Shown one piece after another: positions 51,875-64,000 of a stretch of DNA of 64,000 nt. The notes under the pieces are model-generated. The model ran no database searches. It was given only the letters and a program-made list of their open reading frames with translations, and was not told the DNA's origin. The translations under genes and the position numbers were made by a program. Source of the DNA: Mytilus edulis (Eukaryota); assembly GCF_963676685.1 (NCBI RefSeq), contig NC_092355.1, positions 63,922,001-63,986,000 of the forward strand, in the 5' to 3' direction. How positions within the stretch are numbered: position 1 is the stretch's first letter; each line of letters begins with the position of its first letter.

Positions 51875-54800
51875 TTATTCACAACAGAAAAAAATAACAT
51901 CATTAAGTGCGGTATCATCTCCATATCCTTGGTGAGCTTCAACTTTGGTCTGTAGACCACATATGGCACTGTGCATTGGACAGGCGTCACTCCATTCACC
52001 ATATGAGCCATATGGTCCATACCCAGGAGGATAGTTAAGGTCAACGGCATCAAATTCATCTTTGAAATATCTGCATCTGAATCTGACGTAATTAGCGCCA
52101 GTGCTATCTTCATTAACCTTTCAAAAAAAAGATATGTCATATCTTCAGATTTCATACCAGTTAGCAAATATCTATTAAACTCGGAGAATCTGCAAATTGT
52201 TTACCAACTAACTGTAAACCAACTAATGTTCGCTCCTTTCAAGTTTTGAAAATAAAGGCGATATCAATCGTCTGATCTTTTCTTGTTAAGCTACATTAAG
52301 TACATTTTGATATCGCAAACATAAATGGCCGCGAAATTGAACTCAAAGGACTAAGCGCAAAATAAGGTATTCGTAAAACTCAGTTCGTTTACAGAAGTTG
52401 GCAATAAAACAGACAGAAAGAATAGTAACTGAACAACATAATAATCAAAAGATAGAAATAACACGTGTACATGTACACATGTCAATAAGCCAACTAAGTT
52501 AAATATCGTCAGGTCATTTACGTTTAAATGAAACTTCATATGAAAAAAATAGGTAAATGTATTGCAAACTCTTATACAAAATGAATTATAAACATTATGT
52601 TACAGATGTAAAAGCAATATTGTTATTCTAACGACAATTTCACAAATTAGTTTCATTTATTCATCGTTCAATCTTGCAAACAATAAAAGCAAGAAATTGT
52701 AATTGATAATTTGCAGCATCTGGCGTAAATGCAAAATTTAATCATGGTATCTATGATGAATTATTATTTACAGCTTTCTGAACAAAGAAACATCAATAAT
52801 TTAGACCCCGTTCTCCATTTCAATATTGAAAATCAATAATGGCTACACAAGAACACGTATTTCTATTTCAAATATGATGCATATTATAATTTTTTATAAA
52901 GGTTTTTCGTAAGGTATTTATAAAAAAAACCAAACAATTTCCATGAAATCGTTTTTGTTTTCAAATCGTAAACTAAAACGCATATGATAATGCTATATCC
53001 AGTAAAGTGAAAATATATGCAATTTTATTTAAAGAATTAAATTTTGTTTAAAATAATAATACAACGGACCGCTTATAAACAAGATAGAAACCTGATGTTT
53101 AGTGGTTGCTGTTCATAAATGTTTCTCGCTTCTTGTTTTTGTTTCTTCCTGTTTGAATAGTTTTACATTAGTCATTATACGGCTTTTATAGCTTGCTGTT
53201 CGGTTTGAGCAAAAGCTCCGTGGTGAAGGATTTCCTTTGAACTTTTACAACTTGTGACTTGAATTGTTAGTCTCATTTTACACTCATTTAACATCTTCTT
53301 ATATCTATTTATAAAATGAGATATGAAAGGAAAACTATCATGCAATCAATCTTCTACAACACCCTTCAAATAATCAAATTAAGAAGCATTTAATTATCAG
53401 CTTAATCTGAAAAAAGACAAATGGCGGGAGAAAAGTACCAACATCAGCACCGTGACAATAAACTCATCATATATACCAGGATTGGAATTATGTATTTGAT
53501 CCAGACAGGCGTTTTGTCTAAAAACAACTCATCAGTGACACTCGAACCCAAAGAAGTTAGAAAGGCCAAATAAAGTACGAAGATGAAGAGAATTTATGAC
53601 AATGATTTGTATCCTTCCTTTTCAAACACTTGCAGAAAGTTGTGTTCTATATATTTTCCGTCATCAGACTAGGTTACATTTTTTCAGGACGTCTAAATAA
53701 GAAATTTAGTAGAAATTAGTAATAGTTAAATATATAAGCAGCTTACACTGTATGGATGTACTTGTAGGGAAAAAGCAACAAGAAATGCGTTTGCTGGACA
53801 AAGTGTTTCCCCTGTCCAATCTCCCCATACCTGCTGACCAGAACTTGCCATATCACCACAACGATCACTTGCTCTACTTCCACAGACTATTGCAATAGCA
53901 TTCAGTTCTGTATTGTCTCCATGTGGAGGTTCAATCTGTAAAAAGAATGCACACATAAAACGAAAGATTACTATTCCAACGTGAGCAACGTCGGAATCGT
54001 TATAAATAAAATTTATAAACGACGAAAAGGTTAATACAATTATTATATAATTAGAGTTAATGTTTAAGTGTGACAACTTCCAGAACATTTGTTTCGGTCA
54101 ATAAGACTGTTAAAAGACACAGATACAAAATAATTCCTTAGTTTAGGAAAAAAACACGGTAAGTATTGATTTAACAAGCTATATGTCACTTAACAAATTC
54201 ACGAAATAGAAAAGGGTACCTTGAAAGGGATGTACCAAATGTTTTCTTAGTAGATTGAAAATTCCTCAATGTACCATGAGCTGCTAAATGCATATGCTGT
54301 GAATTCATTTATTGTAGTTGGTATCATTTTTCGTGGATTGCTGAAATCTTGCATATTCGTGGGTATTTAATTTTGTGGTTTTACCAACCTCTGTTTACAA
54401 AGCTTTAAGCCTATTGAAATTATGATATTTGTTGAACATTTGAATTCGTGGTTCATCTGTAACAACGAAACCCACGAAAATTGGTATCCAACAAATAATA
54501 ATGAATCCAAAGTTACCATCAACTTTTGCATGCAAACTGTTTTATTCGTAACATTGTCTCATACAATACTTAACCTAAGATGATTTGATGTTAATTTGGC
54601 TTTCATTTATCGCTTATTTACTAGTAGTTTAAGAAATTTTGTTTCCTTTAGTTTTGACCAAATTAACTGAATTTAGTCTTCAGGTGTAGTTCTCAAATCA
54701 GTATAGTAGTTTTATAATCTTATTCAAAAGTTTTGATAGATCAAGATTAAACGTATTTCATAAAAATATACATACTTTCATCCTGAAACCAATTGCATAA

Positions 54801-57800
54801 TGACCTCGCGTGCAAAATTCTGCAGATGCCCAAATACCTAAACTTCCGCCATTCGTTACAGATAATGTCTTATTCACTGAAACAGAAAACATCTTTATAA
54901 CATGGACCAGCTTAAGATTGAACATTATGTTGTATGTCTTAAAACGAGACAAAGTTATTTATGATTTATTTTGACATATGATCAAAAGTGCAAATTTATT
55001 TAAAACAAAATTTACGTGTCAATCAGCATAATGAATGTATGGACTTTTTCAAACAAATCATAGGAAAATTATATATGCATTATATTTCAGATAGAATAAA
55101 TTATTTCGGTGACTTCCGTGCATTCAGGCAAAATGTAAACGATACAATGTAGACCGAAAGATATATGGCATCAAACTGTTTTCTTCAATAATGTACTGCT
55201 GGTAAAACTATTTCATATTTATGATTTATGTTCAACGTTTGAAATATTTCTTAAGTATATTAAGTACTTTTCAAATTTAATTTCTTTCAGTTGATTATTT
55301 ATATCAATTTATTGAAATTTAGAATAAGAGGTGAAGGACATGGCGTTGAAACAATGAACCACACAATAATAAACTAAAAAAGGAATAAGGCATATTTTCA
55401 TTCAGTGTCGTTATTTTCATGAACGTAAATTATACTTTATCCGTTGAATTGTTTTATATGTTGACATCTGGTGCCCAGTATACATATTTAAAGGTTACTA
55501 CGCTGTTCTAAGCTGTGCTTATTTATGAAAGCAAGCATTTGACCAGTAGCTTATTATCATTGCTTTTGTTCTTTGGTGAATACTGGTTTTCATTTCATTG
55601 ACAATCATCTCCTTATTTATATTTAGAATCACTGTTTGTTGTTTTGATTTTGCCATTTGATTGGGGACTCTCCATTTTGATTTTCTCGGAGCTCAGTATT
55701 TTTTGAGATTTTATTTTTCACCTTTCATTACCGTTGAGAGATGCATTAAAGATATTGATATATCACTACAACAAATGTGTAACGTTATTTCTTAACTCCA
55801 TTTTTAATAATTTTAATAGTGAACGCTTGAGGCATGCCGAGCAATTTAAATAAATAAAAAAAAATCCATATTGCTGAGAGTGTATAGATATATAAATATT
55901 AGATTTATAGTGATGGAATCTGTTTCTAATTTGATTTTTATTCTTCTCTTTTAGAGAATTACAGAAGTATAAATGTGACGTTGCCAGGCATGATCACATT
56001 TTTTCAAGATGTCACAATATGAAATTTAATAGAAACCAAGACGTCATAATTAAACTTCGATTTATCATTTTTTCACTAGTGAGAAGAAAAACTGTTCACA
56101 TTTGATTCGGAAATGTACCAACAGTGGAAAAATTTGGGAAACAAATATTGCCAACACTTTGAGTGCGCATGACATGTTTTTTTTCAGTTCTTGAGCTACA
56201 GATCAATAATTTGGTAAACACAGTCAATACAAATCTATAATTGTTAATAGTGAACACAGAAGAGAATAAAATAAAAACAATTTGCGTAATAATAGTGTAC
56301 TATTTTTCATAACGATTTGAAATTTTTATATGAGTTAAACATTAATATTATCGTATAGCAATATAATATTTCCCACAGAACGTAACCAAAAGTTAGCGTG
56401 CAATAAATTCTAATATTGCACTAGTGCAATAAATTTTCAAAATTCATGACGTCATCAACGTTTAAATCTTAGTTTAAACCAATTTTTACTGTCAAATATT
56501 ATATTGCTATACAATAAAAGGGTTATTGCATGAATATTGGGGAATATTGTCCCTCGTAGAACATATATTGCACTCGCAAGCTCGTGCAATATAGATTCTA
56601 CTCGGGACAATATTCCCCAATATTCATGCAATAACCCTATATTATTATTAATATTATTAATAGATTATCGTTGGTTATCTCAACGAGATTGATTTTCTTG
56701 CTTGAGCCGGTCACGAAAAACAATCGAGTTGAGATGACCAATGATAATCTGTTTATCGCTATTTTACCTATGACGACGTTGTCAATTTCATGTCAATTTC
56801 GTTAGCAACGCCACGTGGCGCCTTAGTTTCTAGCGATAATTTTCATCTCAAGCGAGTAAAATGATATGAAAAATTATCACAAAAAAGATCAAAGGAAAAA
56901 TGCACAAAATAGCGATAAAAAAGTATCGTCATGAATGGTGACAATGGAAACAATTGCTGATCCTCTTGCAGAGGTTATACTAAAAAAAGACATTTATAAA
57001 TGTACAAATTGATAAACACACATTTAGCAATTTCATACGTCCGAAGCTCTTATATTGATTTACCCTTATCAAAAACGCCTAAAGTCAAATTTTCTATGGC
57101 CGAGGTTGTATGAGAACCGAAAGAGATAAAGATCTTAATGACAATAAAATACATGAAAATTAGTTATATCCATCTAAGGTCAACTTTGACTGAGGGTGTA
57201 ACACCATAGTTTGTTTATGATTTCAAAACTTATAAACAAACAACTTTTAACAGTTTGTTTTAATTCATTATAAAGCATATATTCATTCAGCAGACGTATA
57301 GATTCAGTGCCGTAAAACTTAAAAACATGACGTTAAATAATTGAAAGCGTCCGAAATTATTTTCAAAAATTGTTCAGGAACGTTCAAAGGAAAAAAAAAC
57401 TCCGGAGATTCTATACTTATATGTGCACCAAAAATTCACTATTCTTAGAAGGATTAAAAAGAACAGGTTTTACTCACCGACATGGGTACGATCTCTTTGT
57501 ATGAGGTTTGTACCAGATATATAGTCAAAATCCGAATGACAGCATCCGGACTGATCTAGTTTACACTCTCGAGAAGAGGTTATATACGTTATTTCACAAC
57601 ATCTCTCTCCAAATTTCAAACATAGTGCCGCACATTGAGTTTGAGACATTTTCCCCAGAGATGTGAGAGCCACTGACCGAATTTTCTTATTCTTCTCTAC
57701 TAAGAACAATTCCTGTCTCGTTTGGAAATTCCCAGCAAACATTTCTGCATTTTGAAAATTTTGAAAAACAAAGCTATATATCAAAGCAATAACATATACT

Positions 57801-57805
57801 TGCAT
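51875..57805 (-). CDS. VMO1: Secreted VMO1-like protein with N-terminal PAN/Apple-like Cys-rich domain, paralog 2 (4 coding exons, 286 aa)
   Basis: Exons 57805-57478, 54876-54776, 53935-53747 and 52117-51875; exons 2-4 match paralog 1 in length (101/189/243 nt) and phase. Motifs [81 protein letters not shown]. Same AG acceptor 2 nt before the ATG. Confidence 0.92.
53457..53595 (-). repeat. Retrozyme-like repeat with degenerate hammerhead in intron 3 of VMO1-like paralog 2
   Basis: Minus strand GTGTCA-CTGATGA-GTTGTTTTTAGAC-AAAACGCCTGTC-TGGATC; colinear with 24713-24850. Confidence 0.65.
56353..56919. mobile_element. Two back-to-back hairpin+IR non-autonomous elements in intron 1 of paralog 2
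   Basis: Element A: 19-bp perfect IR (56353-56371 / 56494-56512) around TGACGTCATCAACG, plus hairpin 56519-56638 with 35-bp perfect outer arms. Element B, mirrored: hairpin about 56660-56752 plus a 14-bp IR (56752-56765 / 56906-56919). Confidence 0.7.
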
Positions 57806-58545
57806 TTCTAAAACAACGAAAAACTGTATATAAACTTAAAATCGTTAAAAGTAAATACTAAACAGCATTTATATTTGAATCCATTTGATAACTGTTATTA
57901 ATTTTTCTGACTTTTTTTGTGAAATGCATTTGCTTTTAAACACGACAGTTCAATAAGTTATATAAAACATTTTTTCTTTATTAGTCTGGGGAGTAATAAC
58001 TACCTACGTAACATCGATCAATGGATTACAAAAGTACGACTCATTGTATTCCATACTTCAAAACAGGGGAAACTTCATCCTCGCTTCGCTACATTGACTT
58101 TAATAATTTAGCGTAGCAACATCAGCATTGTTTAGGAGTTTGATTGTAGTTAAACATTTTATATTTTTATCAATTTGATGTAATTAATTACTCTGCTTGT
58201 TTTTGTCAAATTAATTTACTTTTAAATGCGATTGCTGACATTATTAAAGATATATGAAACATGGTTTATCTATATGTCTCCGAAGTAATAATTGCTACCT
58301 CACTTCAACATCAATGGATAACAAAGGTACGACTTATTATATTCCACGCTACAAATACAAAACAGTGGATAACTGTAATTGATATTTCTAATGCATTTTT
58401 TTTCAAATTAATTATTTGCTTTTAAACACTCCAGCTGTAATTTATTTTTCTTTATTGGTCTCCAGAGTAATAATTGTCTACGTTCCCCATCATCAATTGA
58501 TTACAAAGATAAAACTGATTCTATTCCAAAATACAAAACAGTGGA

Positions 58546-61500
58546 AACGCTACGTTGACTTTTATAGTTTAGAGCAACAAACATACCATAGTTTAGCATA
58601 GCAACGTCCCCATTGTTTGGGAGTTTGCACTACGCAAAGTTGACCTTATTAGTGTAGCGTAGCAATGTCCCCATTGATACACAGTTTGTACTACGCTTCG
58701 TTGACTTTATAGGTTTTGCATAGCAAGTGTCAATATTGTTTGGGAGTTTGCACTACGCTTCATTGTCTTTAAAAGTTTAGCGTATCAACGTACCCATTGT
58801 TTTGGGAATTTGCACTACGCTTCCTTGACTTTAATAGTTTTGCATAGCAACGTTAGTATTGTTTGGGAGTTTGCACTTCGCTTAGTTGACTTTAATAGTT
58901 TACCATAGCCACGTCTCCATTGTTAAAGATTTCGTTGACTTTATTAGTTTAGCGTTTCAATGTCCCCATTGCTCAGGAGTTTGCACTACGCTTCGTTTAC
59001 TTTAATAGTTTAGCGTAGCAACCCCCTCATTGTTTTGGAGTTTGCACTACGCTTCGTTGACTTTATTAGTTTATCATATCAACGTCCCAATTATTTGCAC
59101 TACGCTTCGTTGAATTTATGAGTTTATCATAACAACGTCCCAATTGTTTGCACTACGCTACAGTGTCTTTATTAGTTTAGCATAGCAACGTACCCATTGT
59201 TTTGGAGTTTGCACTACGCTTCGTTGACTTTATTAGTTTATCATAACAACGTCCCAATTGTTTGCAATACGCTTCCTTGAGTTTATTAATTTATCATAAC
59301 AACGTCCCAATTGTTTACACTATGCTACGTTGTCTTTAATAGTTTAGCGTTTCAACGTCCCCATTGCTCAGGAGTTTGCACTACGCTTCGTTTACTGTAA
59401 TAGTTTAGCGTAACAACGTACCCATTGTTTTGGAGTTTGCACTACGCTTTGCTGACTTTATTAGTTTATCATAACAACGTCCCAATTGTTTGCACTACGC
59501 TACGTTGTCTTTATTAGTGTAGCATAGCAACGTACCCATTGTTTTGGAGTTTGCACTACGCTTTGTTGACTTTATTAGTTTATCATAACAACGTCTCAAT
59601 TGTTTGCACTACGCTTCGTTGACTTTCATAGTGTAGTATACATAGCAACGTCCTCATTGTTTAGAAGTTTGCAATATGCTTCGTTGACTTTATAAGTTTA
59701 ACATAGCAACGTCCCCATTGCTTCGGAGTTTGCACTACGCTTCGTTGACTTTGATAGTTTAACATAGTAACGTCCCCATTGCTTGTGAGGTTGCACTACG
59801 CTTCGTTAACTTTAATAGTTAAGCATAGATATATCACCATTGTTTAGGAATTTGCACTCTGCTACGTACGCTACCTTTTCTAAGTTTAGCATAGCAACGT
59901 CCCTATTGTTTAGAAGTTTGCACTACGCTTCGTTGACTTTGATATTTTAGCATAGCAACGTCCCCATTGTTTTGGAGTTTGCACTACGCAACGTTGACCT
60001 TATTATTGTAGCAAAGCAACGTCCACATTGTTTCGGAGTGTGCACTACGCTTCGTTGACTTTATAGGTTGATCATAGCAACGTCCCAATTGTTGCACAAT
60101 TTGCTGTACGCTTCGTTGACTCTATTAGTTTAGCGCAGCATCGTCCCCATTGTTTTGGAGTTTGCATTACGCTTCGTTGACTTAATTAGTTTAGCAAAGC
60201 AACGTACCAAATGTTGTGGAGATTGCACTACGCTTAGTTGACTTTAATAGTTTAGCGCAGCAACATCCCGATTGTTTAGGAGATTGCACAACGCTTTGTT
60301 GACTTTATTAGTTTAGCATAGCAACGTCCCCATTGTTTGGGAATTTGCTCTTCGCTTCGTTGACTTTATTAGATTAGCATAGCAGCATCACTATTGTTTA
60401 GGAGTTTGCACTACGCTACGTTGACTTTAATAGTTGAGCAAAGCAACGTCCCCATTGTCTAGGAGTTTGCACTACGCTTCGTTGACTTTAATAGTTTAGC
60501 ATAGCAAAGTCCCCATTGTTTGGGAGATTGCACTACGTTTTGTTGACTTTAATAGTTTAGCATAGCAACGTCCCCATCATTTGGGAGTTTGCACTACGCT
60601 ATGTTGACTTTATTAGCTTAGCATAGCAACGTCCCCATTGTTTGGAAGATTGCACTACGCTTCGTTGACTTTAATAGTGCAGAGTATCAACGTCCCCATT
60701 GTTAGGGAGTTTGCACTACGCTTAGTTGACTTTATAAGTTTATCATAGCAATGTCCCTATTGATACACAGTTTGTACTACGCTTCGTTGACTTTATAAGT
60801 TTTGCATAGCAACGTCACTATTGTTTGGTAGTTTGAAAGTCGCGTCATTGTCTTTAATAGTTTAGCGCATCAACGTTCTCATTGTTTGGGAATTTGCACT
60901 ACGCCTACTTGACTTTAATAGTTTTACATAGCAACGTAAGTATTGTTTGGGAGTTTGCACTTCGCTTAGTTGACTTTAATAGTTTACCATAGCCACGTCT
61001 CCATTGTTAACGATTTTGCATTACGCTTCGTTGACTTTATTAGTTTAGCTTTTCAACGTTCCAATTGTTTTGAAGATTGCACTACGCTTCGTTGACTTTG
61101 ATAGTTCAGAGTAGCAACGTCCCCATTGTTAGGGAGTTTGCACTACGCTTCGTTGACTTTATAAGTTTATCTAACAATGTTTCCATTGAAACACAGTTTG
61201 TACTACGCTTCGTTGACTTTATAAGTTTTGCTTATCAACGTCACTATTGTTTGGGAGTTTGCACTTCGCTTCATTGTTTGTAATAGTTTAGCGTATCAAC
61301 GTACCCATATCATTGTTTGGGAGTTTGCACTTCGCTTAGTTGACTTTAATAGTGTACCATAGCCACGTCTCCATTGTTGACGATTTTGCATTACGCTTCG
61401 TTGACGTTATTAGTTTAGCGTTTCAACGTCCCCATTGCCCAGGAGTTTGCACTACGCTCCGTTTTCTTTAATAGTTTAGCGTAGCAACCCCCTCATTGTT

Positions 61501-62290
61501 TTTGAGTTTGCACTACGCTTCGTTGACTTTATTAGTTTATCATAACAACGTCCCAATTATTTGCACTACGCTTCGTTGATTTTATTAGTTTATCATGACA
61601 ACGTCCCAATTGTTTGCACTACGCTACGTTGTCTTTATTAGTTTATCATAGCAACGTCCCCAGTGTTTGGTAGTTCACACTACACTTCGTTGAATTTATT
61701 AGCTTAGCGTAGCAACGTTCCCATTGTTGAGGAGTTAGCACTACGCTTCGTTGATTTTACTAGTTTAGCGTATCAACGTCCCCATTAATTGGGAGTTTGC
61801 ACTACGCTTCGTTGACTTTATTTGTTTAGCATATCAACGTCCCCATTGTTTAGAAGTTTGCACCTCGCTCTGTTGACTTTATTAGTTTAACGTAGCAACG
61901 TTCCCATTGTTTGGGAGTTTGCACTACGCTTCTTTGACTTCAATAGTTCAGCATAGCAACGTCCCCATTGTTTAGAAGTTTGCACTTCGCTTCGTTGACT
62001 TTATTAGCTTGGCATAGCAGCGTCCCCATTGTTTAGGAATTTGCAATACTCTTTGTTGACTTTATTAGTTTAGCATAGCAACATACCCATTGTTAGTGAG
62101 TTTGCACTACGTTTCGTTGACTTTATTAGTTGAGCATAACAACGTCCCAATTGTTTAGGAGTTTGCACTACGCTTCGTTGACCTTTACAATTGATCATAG
62201 CAACGTCCCCATTGCTTAGGAGTTTGCACTACGCTTCGTTGACTTCATTAGTTTAGCGTAGCAACTGCCCCACTGCTTTGGAGTTTGATC
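58546..62290. repeat. 61-bp minisatellite array, about 60 units, with 53-bp variants
   Basis: Consensus GCACTACGCTTCGTTGACTTTATTAGTTTAGCATAGCAACGTCCCCATTGTTTGGGAGTTT; period 61 (59981, 60042, 60103); 53-bp variants lack about 8 nt (59044 to 59097). Confidence 0.95.
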
Positions 62291-62837
62291 GTAGTTATAA
62301 TAAAAAACATCTTGAGTATGCTGAAGTCTCAATTCATCTTGTGAAAAAAGATAACCAGTGTTATAAAACGATCATCAATATTTGTCATAAAGGGACAGCT
62401 CGTGGTAAAATCACAATATATTCAAGCCTCCATTAATTATTTCTTAAATTATCCTGTTGGAATGATGCAAACAGTGTGTCCAGGCACAACAATATTATCA
62501 AATAAAATGTATAGAATGATGCAATAATGCATTAAAGTTGCAAATTATATTTATAAAGACATTATGGTATATCAAAATTGACAGTGAAAGGGAATTGACC
62601 TGATTCAAATAAATCAAATGTGTTTATCGATGATATATGCATAGGTATTGAAAAAAAAAAAAATTTATGGCAAAAAATTAGTACGAGACTCAGATGAAGT
62701 TTTCGTATCTCTACGTTATTTTACCTTAGTTGTGTTTCTCGAAAAAAAAACAAAATATAATGGTTTTCTATTCATTTCCTCGCTGTTGTACCTGGTGATC
62801 AACAAGTATTCTGATTTACTAGAAATAATCTGTAAGG

Positions 62838-63000
62838 AAAAAGTAAAATCACAATAAATACTGAACTCCGTGCAAAATTCAAAACGGAAAGTCCTTAATC
62901 AAATGTAAAAATCAAAATATGAAATACACCAAACGAATATATTACAACTGTCATATTCATGACTTGGAAGAAAATGGTGGATTGAACCTGGTTTTATAGC
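62838..63000. repeat. Abundant dispersed repeat AAAGTAAAATCACAAAAATACTGAACTCCG..ACAACTGTCATATTC..GGTGGATTGAACCTGG
   Basis: Copies at 4681-4787 plus 5784-5850, about 6140-6310, 6935-7052 plus 15655-15690 (inverted), 30605-30690, 32930-33090 and 55640-55720; it hosts two insertions in this window. Confidence 0.75.
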
Positions 63001-63089
63001 TAGCTTAATATCTCAAACGTATCACAGTTGACAACGATGCGTGAACAAAAAAACTTATATTTCCTAGTTTATATTTAACACAACGCATG

Positions 63090-63525
63090 GATAGAAAATA
63101 AACTGAACACGCCATGGCTAAAAATAAAAAGATAAACACTAAAAAATAGTAAAGAAGACACAACATAGAAAACCAAAGACTAAGCAAAAAGAACGCCACC
63201 AAAATCTTGGGTTGATCTCAGGTGCTCCGGAAGGGTAAGCAGTTTCTACAACCCATCGTGTTGCTTATGTTTTTACAAATCTGGTAAATAGTCTTATTCG
63301 GAAGGTTACATTCGTGAAAAGGGAAAGGGTATGGTAGTTACGACATAAGGAACATATCCGATATCATCTGCGAAACGGTTACTCCACAACGGTCAACCAA
63401 CTCGTGATGGCGTCCCTAAAATTTACGACGGGATGATTTCAACTTCACCAGTTGGAACTCTTGGTTTAATAGCTTTCTCGTGAGAATCAATCCTCTATCA
63501 AGGAAATCATGCTAGGAAATACAAG
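63090..63525 (-). mobile_element. Penelope-like 3' fragment
   Basis: Colinear with 4830-5270; encodes HDFLDRGLILTRKLLNQEFQLVKLKSS..KF*GRHHELVDRCGVTVSQMISDMF. Confidence 0.8.
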
Positions 63526-64000
63526 GATACTATGTCTAATTCGCGGATTATCCAGTCATTTTCAGTCATGAACCTTTGAAAATTTCCTCTGGCGGATATT
63601 TACAAAAAAATGTTGAATAATTCTAAGACAAACGCTTAAACATTTACTTTTTGCAAAACGGGAAGGTTAAAATCATCATGTTTTTAAAACAGTTAGGAAG
63701 AAAGACGGTAAATTAAAACTTATTTAACTATACAATTCAACCTATAAGGTGTTTCCCTTTATGCCGAAAAATCATGAACAAGTGATGTTGTATCTTAATT
63801 TCTATTTTGAATCTTGCTTTTTAGGACTTTATAAGATATTAGTTATTATATATATAGCAATTATACTACGGTTAGGCTTCCGAATTTTAAGCTAAAGAGG
63901 CCTAACATTTTTCAAAGTGGACAATGTTCATTTGTACACGAGAAGAAGCAAAAGAACTTGTACAATTCACTTGTATGCGGACAAATTAGTGATTCGACAT

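Noticed and set aside
51787-52167. 126-aa ORF in the track
   Set aside because: Wrong frame over VMO1-like exon 4; the real exon is 52117-51875.
58546-62290. CRISPR-like periodic array
   Set aside because: The whole 61-bp unit repeats with no unique spacers, there are no cas genes, and the context is eukaryotic.

Overview
AT-rich eukaryotic (animal) DNA with spliceosomal introns; the dispersed repeats and hammerhead-bearing elements suggest a bivalve, probably Mytilus (inference). The host content is two tandem minus-strand paralogous genes (31016-36590 and 51875-57805). Each has four coding exons and encodes a signal peptide, a Cys-rich PAN/Apple-like module and a complete VMO1 (beta-prism I) domain. 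The rest is a dense, nested set of mobile DNA: a non-autonomous CACTA element (2804-4443); Penelope-like RT fragments; an 8.6-kb long-TIR element with a 6-bp TSD and a decayed intron-containing DDE transposase that the ORF track misses (7053-15654); a solo LTR; a non-autonomous Helitron; a Crypton recombinase relic with hairpin-ended relatives; a full-length but frameshifted PIF/Harbinger transposon (37719-43893); retrozyme-like repeats with minimal type I hammerhead ribozymes (one intact at 24754-24797); and a 3.7-kb 61-bp minisatellite whose single-copy progenitor is still visible beside it. No prokaryotic features or CRISPR.
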